Source of the DNA: the human T2T-CHM13v2.0 reference genome, Homo sapiens
Reading direction: 5' to 3'
Length of the DNA: 64,000 nt
Assembly: GCA_009914755.4 (NCBI GenBank)
Contig: CP068257.2
Span: 31,680,001-31,744,000 of the forward strand
This document shows, piece by piece, positions 1 through 15,560 of this stretch (position 1 is its first letter; the number at the start of each line of letters is the position of its first letter). The notes under the pieces were generated by a model. It did no database searches, had not been told where the DNA came from, and worked only from the letters and a program-made list of their open reading frames with translations. The translations under genes were made by a program, and so were the position numbers.

Positions 1-48
1 ACCACTGCACTCCAGCCTGGGCAACAAGCAAGACCCCATCTCATAAAA
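1..48 (+). mobile_element. Alu 3' fragment cut by the window edge.
   Basis: ..accactgcactccagcctgggcaacaagcaagacccc.. Confidence 0.8.
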
Positions 49-1499
49 AGCCTTTAAAATCCCTTTTTAAATGTCTATAAAAGGCATCCTTTTCAAATGT
101 TTATTTTGTATGTGATTTACGATGTGCATAAAAATATGTGCAGTAATATGCGTATTTAGCTTATAGATAAATAACAATACACCTACTGGGAATGCATGAT
201 CAACGTTGTTGTTTTCCTACTGGAATTATGTAATAAAAAATATCTAAAGGCTGCTGTTCTTGACTCAGGTATGACAGAAAGGTGGAAACAAAACGAGGAG
301 GTACAAACACTAATGGGTTAATTAAAAGTCAGTCAACAGAATAGCAGTGGCAAAAAGCTTCCCACACTCCTCTGCTGCCTGCCTCTCCCCTTCCTGAGGC
401 AGTCAGGCATTTGTCTAAGTCACCCTTAGGCAAAAAATTATAGATCTGTTCTTCTCAATAATTGAATTAACCACCCTGGCAATATTACTGCACTCTTCAG
501 TAGGCCAAAGGGAAGAGTTCACCATTCTGGCAGTTGGTGTCCACAATCTTGCAATGTCTCACACCCTACTTCCCTACTTATCCTACAGGGATGCTTCCAG
601 AGATAAGTTCTGCCTCAAAAACACATGTCTTCATTTTCTTGAGAAAGACTCTGTTAATACTAGCTACCTAAAAAAAATCAACCTGCTGTCTCCTTTAAAA
701 TATATTTAAAAAATACTCAAAGATTGCCAATGAGAAAAATAAAAGAAAAAGACAAACAGAACCAATTGACTCTTAAAGAAATAGAATATTGGAACAGAAG
801 AGAATGTCACAGAAACCCAAATTCTAAAAGATCCCACATTCGTGCATCCATAAAATGAGAACATGATGCTATATATTAAAAAATCAGAATAAAGAAGTGC
901 TTTTAAAAATTAAACATATAATCACAGAAATAAATATTTCATTAGAAATCAAGTAAATCTTCCGGAACCAAGGACAAAAATATAAAGAGTTAAAAACTAG
1001 AGAGAACATATTAGGAGATCTCAAGGGTCAATCCAGGAAGTACAATTTTCTACTAATAGGAGTTTAAGAAAGAAGAAAGAAAATGGAAGGGAGGAAGTAT
1101 TTAAAACACGGTGCAAGGATGAGACTTCTGCTTCTGGCCATGATGGAGTAACATGGAGCAGATTTACTCTTTCGCCTTAAACTATAAATAAACAACCAAA
1201 ATAGCACAAAAGATTTAAAATACATATTTTTAGATATTAGACAATAAAAAACTCAGGACAGTAATCCCTAAGAGAAGAGAAACAATTGAGATGATCTCTA
1301 CAATTGCCCAAACTGACTTACTGGAGAGAATTTCTAGGCCTCAGCATAGAGAGAAGGACTCCATATCCCTGTGGGTCGAGGAAACGCAGCTAGGAGTCCA
1401 AGGAGGCCAGGGCAGCTAGATTTCATGGAGTAGAGAACCAGATAAGACAGAGCTTCACACAGAGAAAAAGCTCCAGAGAGCTGCAAAGAGTATTAGGCT

Positions 1500-2950
1500 A
1501 ATTACTGATCAGACAATGTGTAGTAAGGAAACTTGAGGCCAGGGAAAGAACCACGCTAAAAAAGCAAAGGGATAAATCCCCAGGGTTCATGCTGGGCTGA
1601 AAATAGTTTCCAACCAGCGTGGAAAATCTCATAATTCATGAAGCATCAGGTAGCATACTCAGGGGGCTATTACTTCAATAGTGGGGCAAATGTGCTCTTA
1701 CACCAAACACTTGCCTGATCCTCTCTGACAAAAGCAAGCCTCAAAAGTACCAAACCATTTCCAAGTAGCTTAGCTGGATCCCAGAATAAAACTCAAGCAA
1801 TATTTATAGGAATAAAGAAATATCCAGCACCCAACAATGTAAAATTTATAATGTCTGGCACCCAATAAAAAATTACTAGCCATGAAAAAAGGTAGGAAAA
1901 TACAACCCATAATGAATGAGAGTGTTTTTTAACAAAAAAATTAAACAAATTAAATTCAATAGAGTTTAATTTAGCAAAGAACAATTCATAAATTGGGCAG
2001 CCCCCAGAATAGGTTCAGAGCAACTTCAGGGCTGCCACATGGTCAATAACATTTTTAAACAGAAAAAGGAAAGGGATGTACAGAAAACAGAAGTGAGATA
2101 CAGAAATAGCTGGATTGATCACAGCTGTTTTGTTGCCTTATTGAAGCTGGCTTAAACAGCTGGCCACCTGTGAATGGCCAAAACTCAGCTGCTGTGATTG
2201 GCTGAGACTCCGCTACTTGTTACAAGAGCAAATTACAGTCTGTTTACACATCTAGGTAGGCTACAGTTCATGATGTACAAAGAAGCCTTTAGGCCAGACT
2301 TAAAATATGTAAGGAGGTAGCTTTAGGCTAAATTTAATTTAACAAGAAGAAAAGTAAATCAATAGAAATAGTAGATAGATTTGGTAGACTGGGACATTAA
2401 AACGGTTATTGAAACCATATTTTATATGTTCAAGAAGATGAAAGAAAGCATTAGTATATTAAGGAAAGACATGAAATATATTTTTAAAAGACTAAATCCA
2501 ACTTCTAGAGATGAAGAGTACAATGTCTGAGATGAAAAATATACTGAATTCAGATTAATAGCTGATTAGACACTGTAGAAGAAAAGAGCAGTGATATTGA
2601 AGACATAGTGATAGAAACTATTCAAAATGAAAGACACAGGGGAAAGGACAAGAAAAAATGAAAGAATAGCATCGAACACAACTTTAAGGAGTCTAATAAG
2701 TGTGCATTTTGAAGGAGAGTAAAGCGAGGATAAGAAAAAAATTGAAAGAATGGCCAATAGTTTTCCAAGCTTGATGAAAACTATAAACCCATCGATCCAA
2801 GAAGCTCACCAAACCCCAGCCACAAAAATAATACATGAAAATTTTCTTCAGCTAGACAGACACAAGTCCTCAAATAGAAAGGGTCCACTGAATGGTGTCA
2901 AGCAATCAGGTGTCCAGATAGTATTTAGGACAATGAGCTGAACTGAAAAT
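1500..2950 (+). mobile_element. Ancient L1 (L1M-like) fragment, 5' region and ORF1.
   Basis: Degenerate ORF1-like translation (..PIKNY*P*KKVGKYNP.., later ..MKNTLDG..-like). A-rich, low CpG. Confidence 0.4.
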
Positions 2951-4899
2951 AACAATCAAGCCTTTATTAACTGCAAACAAGAAGCAAAAAAGAGGCGGCA
3001 GCACCCCAGTGTTCCTTTTTCCCCTACAGAATGGCCAGGAATGCAGATACGCTTATGAGCAGGGCTGGCCAGAGGTGGTGTGGGAGGTGGGAAAGCTGAG
3101 TCCTTAACCACAAATCCCTCTAGAAAAATGCAGTGCACTGTAGTGCACATGCAAGTCTGGTATGGGGAGGACAGTTTCTCCCCATGAGGCCTGGCAGACA
3201 AAGCTTTGTAATTTCTGTGGTCAGGATTGAAAGATCATGCACAAGATTTTGGGACGGAGCCAGACTCCTCAAATGAGGAGCAGAATCATTAGGGGAATAA
3301 AGGCTCATCCTCCTCTTTCCAATACGCTGATAGATATAAAATCTGGATATCAGGAAAGAAATCTAGGCTGAAGACCAATTTGGGAGCCATGAGCATAAAT
3401 GACAGTCAGTGAACTCACAGAAGAGGAAGAGACCACTATAGGAGATGAGAAAAGAAGATGAGCCAGGACAAAGCAGTGAGGGACACTAATATTTAAGTCA
3501 CAAGCAGTGGAGTGGGTTGTCCTGGAGATTGAGAAGAATGGCCAGAAAGACAGATGCAACAGCAAACGAGTATGGAATCATGAGAAAAAGAGCGTGGGGA
3601 ATGATAGATACCAAATGCTATGGAGAAGTCAAGTAAAATCAAGGCTATAAAATGTCTAATAGATCTGAATACTAGAAATTAGCTGATGATCTGGGTGAGA
3701 AGAGAATAAGCAAAACGGGACAGAAAGATAAGCTCAGTGGGCTGAGGAATACATAAGTGAGAAAACAAAGATAGTTGTGGACAAATGTAGACAGATTTGG
3801 CTACGAATAATAACAGGAAGGACGGCTTCTGGAGTGAATGCAGCATATACGCCTTTTTAAATTGGGAGAGACTTGAGAATGTGTAACTGTTAACGAGAAG
3901 AAACTAAAGAGAGGAGATAAAGTCATGAAAAAACGTAAAAATAATCAACGGATAGCCATCCCTATGAAGGGGTGGCTCACGGAAGCAGACAGAGAGATTT
4001 TCATTTGACTGAAAGAAGGATGTCTTCCCAACGACAGGGAAAGACAGAATGGAAGCAGGTGCAGGTGAGTTTGAAGTTTTGGTGATGGAGAGCTGAAACC
4101 TGATCTGTTGACTGTATTTTCCAAGAAACTAGGAGCTGGGTGGAGGAACATCTGTTGAAAATGAGAAGAAAAGCTGTAGGGTAGAGATGTGAAGTAAGTG
4201 TAGGTTTTTAATTTCAGCTCAATTGAGGTTGCAGACTATGAAGTTTTGATCATTGGGGCTATTTGATCCTTCAGGTTTTCTCCAGAAAAACTAGATCTTC
4301 CCTCTGAGCCCTCCTGAAGTAGGAAAAACAGTAACCACGATGGTCAGAAAAAAATAACCAAAATTACTGAGCACACTGTGCCAGACACTAAACTAAGCTC
4401 TTGGTGTGCATTAACTGATTAAAAATTCATCACACCACTATGATATAGATTTTATTATAGTCCCCATGAGGAAGCAGGAAAAAAGATTAAGTAACTTGCC
4501 CAAGATCCCAGAGTGATGGAGGTGGGATAGCAACCTAAGTCAACTTCAGAACTCAGACTCTTAACCAGTAGGCCAGTCTCTGTTTAAGAGATACTTAGTT
4601 ACCACTTGAAAAGGCGTATGGCTGTCTTCCATGTTACTGCTTAAAAACAGACATCTTTCTCAGTATGCAGTGAGCATGCAGCCACACTCAATCTTTCCTC
4701 AAGCCATGTGAACACAGACTAGACCTTCAAATATGCTGTTCCCTTTATTTAGAATGCTGTATCCCTCTTCTTTTCCTATCTCCTACTTATACTCTGCCTC
4801 CCCTTAAACATCTCTTACTGCAGGTCACCTGCTGCAATGTGTATCCCTCACCACTAAACTAGTTTAGTGTTCCCACCGTTTGCTTCATCATCATCATTA

Positions 4900-5188
4900 T
4901 TACTATTTTGAAATAGCATCTCACTCTGTCACCCAGGCTGGAGTGCAGTGGTGTGATCACGGCTCATTGTAGCCTTGACTTCCTGGAGTTCAAGCGATTC
5001 TCCAGGCTCAGCCTCCTGAGTAGCTAGGACCACAGGCCTCTGCCACCTCATCCAACTAATTGTATTTTTTGCAGATATGGGGGTCTCTCTTTGTTGTCCA
5101 GGCTGGTCTCAAACTCCTGGGCTCAAGTGATCCTCTTGCTGCAGCCTCTCAAAATGCTGGGATTACAGGTGTGAGCCACTGTGCCAGC
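4900..5188 (-). mobile_element. Alu.
   Basis: Antisense Alu consensus (..ctcactctgtcacccaggctggagtgcagtgg..gggattacaggtgtgagccactgtgccagc). Confidence 0.9.
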
Positions 5189-6442
5189 TTCACTACTATC
5201 TTTTACTGAATTGCCTGCCTACTGGGATGAGGAAATGTATAGGATGATAAAGCACCAAGGAGAAAGACATTCTGGAGATTCCAGAGTAGAACGGCTCAGA
5301 TTCCTTCCTGAACATCCTGGAGCTAGTGTTTGTACACCCTCAAAGTCTGTGCCACTGGGCTGCTACTCAGCTAGGACTCTTCTCCTTTCATCTACCAACC
5401 TCTCCTCCCAGAAAGAAGTGAATTTATTCTTCTGGAAGGTTCTAAAGCAGTGATTTCTAATCCAGGGTGCACCCACCCTAGGGGTTTGCGTTGGATTACA
5501 GGGTCCACCGAAGTGCAGTGAAATTCTATTTACATTCTTTAATAAGAAATAAATTAAGCTTTTGATATTTGATATATAACCTAGCACAAGCACCTTCACT
5601 TGGTCCAAATGCCAGAGCATCACATTGTCACATTCAGTGATGTGTGACACACTTGAGAACAGAGTGAGAAACTCACAAGGTGGAAATGCGCAGCGATGCT
5701 TCTGCTTGTACACTTTTGGAGTTTGTGATTATGTCTAGCCATTTACTTGGCTTGATGTGTGTTTACAGGTCGTTAGCTAGTTTTAACTAAATTAATGCTC
5801 ACAAAATGGATGTGACAAGATTCTTGCAAATAAATTGGAAATTAAAGATAGTACTATTAATACACAAGTGAATAAGATAACAGCAGCCTTGACATATTAG
5901 CTAATCACAGTATGAAGCCATCACATTAGGAAGACATTTTCCAGAAAAGCAAACCCCCACAATTTCTTTCCAAGAGTGTTTAAAGTCATATGATACTCAT
6001 TCGTTTTGGTTCTTTACAAAATTTCGTAATTGGTGACAGTGTTTAGAAACTGCTTTGGGGGTTCTTAATAGCAAAAGACAAAAAGCCACATGCCCCTTGT
6101 TCTTCTTTCTACAATATGACAAACTAAAATACATTCCTCAGTCAGCAATAGTGTTGGACTGTGTATAGCAAATACGGCTGACAATGCGAAGAAACAAGAG
6201 TTCAATTTCACAGTGTGGGAAATCTGCCACGTAATCATATGGAAACATGCTCTAAAGCACAGATGTTTCTAACATGTCTTTTTCCAAAAGTGAAATACCC
6301 AAGGAACGACTTTTTCTTTGTTAGCCAAAAAGGGAAAGATAAAATATATACTCAACAGTAATTTACTTCCTTAATTAAAACAAAAAGTTTTAGTGCCCAT
6401 ATATTGGTTTCTAAATACCATCCCCCAATAAAAACATCATCA

Positions 6443-6468
6443 ACAACAACAACAACAACAAAAAGCAG
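6443..6468. repeat. (CAA)n microsatellite.
   Basis: catcaacaacaacaacaacaacaaaaag. Confidence 0.9.
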
Positions 6469-6879
6469 GGCCCCTTGAAGAAATGGCTGATTTTAGGGCT
6501 GAGCAGGAAAAATATAAGATGAACTTGGAACATCTTGTGCTAGAAAGTAAAGAAGTGTTAGAAAAAATTAAGAGCATACTAGCAAAAGGAACAAGAGTCA
6601 GCTTGAAGTGGCTGCCACTGGCCAAATCTAGGACAATTTGAGCATTAAAATAAATAAGGAGGGTGAATTGGTAGAGCACAGGTGATATTTAGGGCGGTGA
6701 AATGCCTCTGTATGATGCTGTAATGGTAGATACATGACATTATGTTGCAAGTGGTTATGTATGAGAAGGGCAGGAGACGGCTCTTCCCCCACCCACCAGG
6801 AATGTCAGGTGATGGTTCAACAATCACATTGCCTCTCTAAAAATAATTCAGCACCCAGAGCCGAATTATCTCCTAATGG

Positions 6880-7400
6880 TCCACAGCTATTACATTAGAG
6901 TGTTAATTGAATGTAGGCGCCAAGAAGCAAAAAGAGCTTCCAATAATCTCCGGTATTGGGTGAGTGAGCCGGTGCATGCACATTAAGAGACAAAACGGCA
7001 GAGTATGACCTTCCGGGGGCACTCCATCGGAAAAGGGAAGAAATCTTCAGATGGGCATGCGCACAACTTCCTAAACACACTGCACATGTTCACCTCCCAA
7101 GTGTAAGAAGGGCACTGCGCATGCGGGCAGCCCACCCTAAGGGAAGAATCATGGGAAAGGGGTGCAAAACCCCAGAAGTGGGCCAGCCTATAAATCCTAG
7201 AATCACAGTTAAACGCTGCATTTGTCCTTCAATTTGCCCGCTTGGGTCTCTTCCAAGTGTACTTTCCTTTCTTTCCCGTTCTAAAGCCTTTTTAAATAAA
7301 CTTCCACTCCTTCTCTGAAACTTGCCTCAGTCTCTTTTTCCGCCTTATGCCCCTCAGTCGAATTTGCTGTGCAGGTAACTGGGATGCCTTCTACCAGTAA
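6880..7400 (+). mobile_element. Possible solo LTR (ERV-derived) with a TATA box (TATAAAT at about 7189) and AATAAA (about 7296).
   Basis: A U3-R-U5-like layout, with TATAAATCC followed about 100 bp later by AATAAACTTCCACTCC. There are GC-rich GCGCATGCG palindromes. The family could not be identified. Confidence 0.3.
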
Positions 7401-7720
7401 CAATTATACATTGTAAAAACCCATAGAATGTACAACACCAAGAAAGAACTCTTACGTAAACTCTGGACTTTAGTTAATAATGTATCAGTATACGTTCATC
7501 AGCTGTAAGAAATGTACCACCCCAATGCAAGATGTTAACAACGGGAAACTGAAAGCAGGCTTGGGATGAGGGGGTATATAAGAACTCTCCACACTGTCTG
7601 TAAACCTAAAACTCCTCTAAAAGTTGTATATTAATTTTAAAAATTTAAGTAAGGATAACAATGAACTATAACCAATGAAATAAAATAAGAATCTGTGAGT
7701 CTATACTAATAATAAATGGA

Positions 7721-8064
<344 letters not shown>

Positions 8065-8760
8065 TCAACTAATATTTGCAGTGAGAGGGTCAGGGTTGAA
8101 AACTTACCATTTCATGACCATCACAGGTAGGATAGTTCAGGCAAGGATGATTAATGGATGTTAATTCTAGAAGAAAAGTTTGATGAACAGCAGAATATTT
8201 GCAGGATTTCCGAGTGTCTTCCCACCAATTAGCTGCAGGAGGTGGGGTGGGAGGGGAGGTCGATGGGGGGCGGAATAGTAACTATACAATGGAGACTGTA
8301 ACTATAATACTTTGATACATGATCAAAATTAACATCACATATGAGGTACTAATAAGCTTAATGTGCCTGTGAAGGGACTGAGGACACCACACAAGCCAGG
8401 TACGCATAATCTGAAATTAATCAGGAGAAACCATCAGACAAGTCCAAATTGGAGAAGCATTCTATAAAATAGTTGGCCTGTGTTTTTCAAAAAAAAAAAA
8501 AAAAATCCCCAAATCAAAAAAATGTCCATGACATGAAAGACAATGGCCAGGGAAGTACTCTGGATTAAAGAAAGCTAAAGAAGTTCAGGAAAATAAATAA
8601 CATACATACATGACTTTGTATGTGTATTTAAAGAGGGAGTGTAGATATGGCAAAATATTAACGATTTGCTGAATCTGGGCAACGGGTATGTGGGAGCTAT
8701 CTTACTATTTTTGCAACTTGTCTGTAATTTCAAATTATTTCCAAGCAAAAAGTAAAAATG

Positions 8761-9121
<361 letters not shown>

Positions 9122-9844
9122 CTAGAATAAAGGAGAGAAGGGAGGTTCTGGGTTAAGGTTACAGAGCTTGCACCACAGGGGAAATTAATTCATGTCTTAT
9201 CCTTAAATAAATTATTACAGCAAAAAAGTTGAAACTAAAGTACACGAAGTACTTACCACAGGGTGTCACAGCTGTGGCAAATTTTATTAAAGCACAATCC
9301 AATTTTATTAAAATACAATTCAATGTTTATAATAGGTTGTATTAAGATGGGGAAGAGTGAAAATCTTAGGAAAGGAGGAAGAAAAGGAGGGGAGGAAATT
9401 GTCAATGTGTTTAAAAATCTAATTAAACTTTTCAGTCATTTTGAGCTCATTGTTCTAAATATAAAAATGCATCCTATTCCAACTAGTTTGCAAGAACTTT
9501 TGGACAGCAGGAAATGGAAATTTTAATTTAAACATGCAGAGTCGTTCAAAAGGCTTTTAAAATAAGTATTATTTTGTAATTGCAACCAGGAATTTTTCCT
9601 CTTCCATTTGGATTCACGTATCTTCATGGGGTGTTTTTCCACCTTTGGTGTTGTTAAAACGAAGTACTGACACACTCAAAATCAAACCCCCAAATCGATG
9701 AATCGTAAAGTGATAATTCAAAGTTTTTTAAACGATACCTAACAGCTGGATAGATTGCCTAAAAATCATTATTCACTCAAACTGGGTGAATTTCAAGATA
9801 CATAAATTATACCTCTAAGATGTTTTTAAAATAGGCATATTTCC

Positions 9845-10126
9845 CCTGGGCGTGGTGACTCACGCCTGCAATCCCAGCACTCCGGGAAGCAAAGGTGAGC
9901 GGATCACTTCAGGTCAGGAGTTCCAGACCAGCCTGGGTAACACAGCGGAAATCCCATCTCCACTAAAAATACAAAAACTAGCCGGGCGCAATAGCGCACA
10001 GCTGTAATCTCAGCTACTCAGGAGGCTGAAGCAGGAGAATCGCTTGAACCCGGAAGGCGGAGGTTGTGGTGAGCCGAGATCGCGCCACTGCACTCCAGCC
10101 CGGGTGACAGAGCAAGACTCCGATTC
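9845..10126 (+). mobile_element. Alu lacking a poly-A tail. Its 3' end runs directly into the minisatellite.
   Basis: ..gagcaagactccgattc is followed by gaacaatgcaatggaatatata instead of an A-tail. Confidence 0.9.
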
Positions 10127-10148
10127 GAACAATGCAATGGAATATATA
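10127..10148 (+). repeat. Left arm of the 22-bp perfect inverted repeat flanking the minisatellite (GAACAATGCAATGGAATATATA).
   Basis: It is the exact reverse complement of 16289-16310. It is also visible as the NNAMEYI peptide at the start of ORFs on both strands. Confidence 0.9.
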
Positions 10149-10185
10149 CATATATGTATATATGGAACATATATACATATGTGGA

Positions 10186-10665
10186 ACAAATACATATATG
10201 GAACATACATATGTGGAACAAATACATATATGGAACATACATATGTGGAACCAATACATATATGGAACATACATATGTGGAACCAATACATATATGCAAC
10301 ATACATATGTGGAACCAATACATATATGCAACATATATATGTGGAACCAATACATATATGCAACATATATATGTGGAACCAATACATATATGCAACATAT
10401 ATATGTGGAACCAATACATATATGCAACATATATATGTGGAACCAATACATATATGCAACATATATATGTGGAACCAATACATATATGCAACATATATAT
10501 GTGGAACCAATACATATATGCAACATATATATGTGGAACCAATACATATATGCAACATATATATGTGGAACCAATACATATATGCAACATATATATGTGG
10601 AACCAATACATATATGCAACATATATATGTGGAACCAATACATATATAGAACATATATATGTGGA
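10186..10665. repeat. Minisatellite sub-domain A: 30-bp unit AATACATATATGCAACATATATATGTGGAACC, with about 12 near-perfect copies from 10290-10650.
   Basis: The 30-bp periodicity is visible in the sequence lines. Confidence 0.9.
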
Positions 10666-11060
10666 ACCAATATATATGGAACATACGTATGTGGAACATA
10701 CATATGTGGAACATACGTATGTGGACCATACATATGTGGAACATACGTATGTGGACCATACATATGTGGAACATACGTATGTGGACCATACATATGTGAA
10801 ACATACGTATGTCGACCATACGTATGGGTCCCATATACATATGGGACACATACGTATGGAATATATATATGGGACACATACGTATGGAATATATACGTAT
10901 ATATACATATGGGACACATACGTATGGAATATACATATGGAATATACATATATGGGACACATAAGTATGGAATATATACGTATGGAATATACACGCATGG
11001 AATATATACGTATGGAATATATATGTATGGAATATACACGTCTGGAATATATATGTATGG
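10666..11060. repeat. Minisatellite sub-domains B and C: ~20-bp and ~40-bp units containing CpG (AACATACGTATGTGGACCATACATATGTGG, then TATGGAATATATACGTATGGAATAT).
   Basis: Repeated ACGTATG and ACGCATG motifs. About 30 CpGs are embedded in an otherwise AT-rich array. Confidence 0.85.
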
Positions 11061-11440
11061 AATATTCACGTATGGAATATATATCTGGAATATATATATA
11101 TGGAATATATATCTGGAATATATATATGGAATATATATCTGGAATATATATATATGGAATATATATCTGGAATATATATATATGGAATATATATCTGGAA
11201 TATATATATGGAATATATATCTGGAATATATATATATGGAATATATATCTGGAATATATATATATGGAATATATATATGGAATATATATATATGGAATAT
11301 ATATGGAATATATATATATGGAATATATATATGCAATATACATATATGGAATATATATATGCAATATACATATATGGAATACATATATGCAATATATATA
11401 TGGAATATATATATGGAATATATATATGGAATATATCTAT
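11060..11440. repeat. Minisatellite sub-domain D: ~27-bp unit GGAATATATATCTGGAATATATATATAT.
   Basis: Periodicity seen directly. Confidence 0.85.
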
Positions 11441-12250
11441 AATATATATACGGAATATATATATACGGAATATATATATAATATATATACGGAATATATA
11501 TATACGGAATATATATATAATATATATACGGAATATATATATACGGAATATATATATAATATATATATAATATATATACGGAATATATATATACGGAATA
11601 TATATATAATATATGTATGGAATATATATATACGGAATATATATATAATATATGTATGGAATATATATATACGGAATATATATATAATATATGTATGGAA
11701 TATATATATACGGAATAGATATATAATATATGTATGGAATATATATATACGGAATATATATATAATATATATATATATGGAATATATATATACGGAATGT
11801 ATATATAATATATATATATATGGAATATATATATACGGAATGTATATATAATATATATATACGGAATATATATATACGGAATGTATATATAATATATATA
11901 CGGAATATATATATACGGAATGTATATATAATATATATACGGAATATATATATACGGAATGTATATATAATATATATACGGAATATATATATACGGAATG
12001 TATATATAATATATATACGGAATATATATATACGGAATGTATATATAATATATATACGGAATATATATATACGGAATGTATATATAATATATATACGGAA
12101 TATATATATACGGAATGTATATATAATATATATACGGAATATATATATACGGAATGTATATATAATATATATACGGAATATATATATACGGAATGTATAT
12201 ATAATATATATACGGAATATATATATACGGAATGTATATATAATATATAT
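11440..12250. repeat. Minisatellite sub-domain E: 39-bp unit ACGGAATATATATAT + ACGGAATGTATATATAATATATAT, about 20 copies.
   Basis: Highly regular 39-bp phase from 11820-12250. Confidence 0.9.
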
Positions 12251-15200
12251 ACGGAATGTATATATACGGAATGTATATATATGGAATATATATACGGAAT
12301 GTATATATATGGAATGTATATATATGGAATGTATATATGGAATGTATATATATGGAATATATATGGAATATATATATATGGAATATATATATGGAATATA
12401 TATATATGGAATATATATATGGAATATATATATATGGAATATATATATGGAATATATATATATGGAACATATATATGGAATATATATATATGGAACATAT
12501 ATATGGAATATATATATATGGAACATATATATGGAATATATATATATGGAATATATATATGGAATATATATATATGGAATATATATATGGAATATATATA
12601 TATGGAATATATATATGGAATATATATATATGGAATATATATATGGAATATATATATATGGAATATATATATGGAATATATATATATGGAATATATATAT
12701 GGAATATATATATGGAATATATATATATGGAATATATATATGGAATATATATATATGGAATATATATATGGAATATATATATATGGAATATATATATGGA
12801 ATATATATATGGAATATATATATATGGAATATATATATGGAATATATATATGGAATATATATATGGAATATATATATGGAATATATATATATGGAATATA
12901 TATATGGAATATATATATATGGAATATATATATATAGAATATATATATGGAATATATATATATGGAATATATATATGGAATATATATATATGGAATATAT
13001 ATATGGAATATATATATATGGAATATATATATGGAATATATATATATGGAATATATATATGGAATATATATATGGAATATATATATATGGAATATATATA
13101 TGTGGAATATATATATGGAATATATATATGTGGAATATATATATGGAATATATATATGTGGAATATATATATGGAATATATATATGTGGAATATATATAT
13201 GGAATATATATATGTGGAATATATATATGGAATATATATATGTGGAATATATATATGTGGAATATATATATGTGGAATATATATATGTGGAATATATATA
13301 TGTGGAATATATATATGTGGAATATATATATGTGGAATATATATATGTGGAATATATATATGTGGAATATATATATGTGGAATATATATATGTGGAATAT
13401 ATATATGGAATATATATATGTGGAATATATATATGGAATATATATATGTGGAATATATATATGGAATATATATATGTGGAATATATATATGGAATATATA
13501 TGTGGAATATATATATATGGAATATATATGTGGAATATATATATGGAATATATATGTGGAATATATATATATGGAATATATATATGGAATATATATATAT
13601 GGAATATATATATGGAATATATATATATGGAATATATATATGGAATATATATATATGGAATATATATATATGGAATATATATATATGGAATATATATATG
13701 GAATATATATATATGGAATATATATATATGGAATATATATATATGGAATATATATATATGGAATATATATATATGGAATATATATATATGGAATATATAT
13801 ATATGGAATATATATATATGGAATATATATATATGGAATATATATATATGGAATATATATATGGAATATATATATGGAATATATATATATGGAATATATA
13901 TATATGGAATATATATGGAATATATATATATGGAATATATATGGAATATATATATATGGAATATATATATGGAATATATATATATGGAATATATATATGG
14001 AATATATATATATGGAATATATATATGGAATATATATATGGAATATATATATGGAATATATATATGGAATATATATATATGGAATATATATATGGAATAT
14101 ATATATATGGAATATATATATGGAATATATATATATGGAATATATATATGGAATATATATATATGGAATATATATATATGGAATATATATATATGGAATA
14201 TATATATATGGAATATATATATATGGAATATATATATGGAATATATATATATGGAATATATATATGGAATATATATATATGGAATATATATATGGAATAT
14301 ATATATATGGAATATATATATGGAATATATATATGGCATATATATATATGGAATATATATATGGGATATATATATATGGAATATATATATGGGATATATA
14401 CATGGAATATATATATGGGATATATACATGGAATATATATATATGGGATATATACATGGAATATATATATGGGATATATACATGGAATATATATATATGG
14501 GATATATACATGGAATATATATATATGGGATATATACATGGAATATATATATGGAATATGTATATATGGAATATATATATGGAATGTATATATATGGAAT
14601 ATATATATGGAATGTATATATATGGAATATATATATGGAATATATATATGGAATATATATATGGAATATATATATGGAATATATATATGGAATATATATA
14701 TGGAATATATATATGGAATATATATATGGAATATATATATATGGAATATATATATGGAATATATATATATGGAATATATATATGGAATATATATATATGG
14801 AATATATATATGGAATATATATATATGGAATATATATATGGAATATATATATGGAATATATATATGGAATATATATATGGAATATATATATGGAATATAT
14901 TTATGGAATATATACATATGGAATATATTTATGGAATATATACATATGGAATATATTTATGGAATATATACATGGAATATATATATGGAATATATACATG
15001 GAATATATATATGGAATATATACATGGAATATATATATGGAATATATACATGGAATATATATATATGGAATATATACATGGAATATATATATATGGAATA
15101 TATACATGGAATATATATATATGGAATATATACATGGAATATATATATATGGAATATATACATGGAATATATATATATGGAATATATACATGGAATATAT

Positions 15201-15560
15201 ATATATGGAATATATACATGGAATATATATATATGGAATATATACATGGAATATATATATATGGAATATATACATGGAATATATATATATGGAATATATA
15301 CATGGAATATATATATATGGAATATATACATGGAATATATATATATGGAATATATACATGGAATATATATATATGGAATATATATATATGGAATATATAT
15401 ATGGAATATATATATATGGAATATATATATGGAATATATATATATGGAATATATATATGGAATATATATATATGGAATATATATATGGAATATATATATA
15501 TGGAATATATATATGGAATATATATATATGGAATATATATATGGAATATATATATATGGA
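12250..15560. repeat. Minisatellite sub-domain F: (GGAATATATATAT)n and (GGAATATATATATAT)n. Local variants are GTGGAATATATAT (13090-13500), GGGATATATACAT (14340-14540), and a 28-bp GGAATATATACATGGAATATATATATAT unit (14960-15360).
   Basis: Direct reading. Confidence 0.95.
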
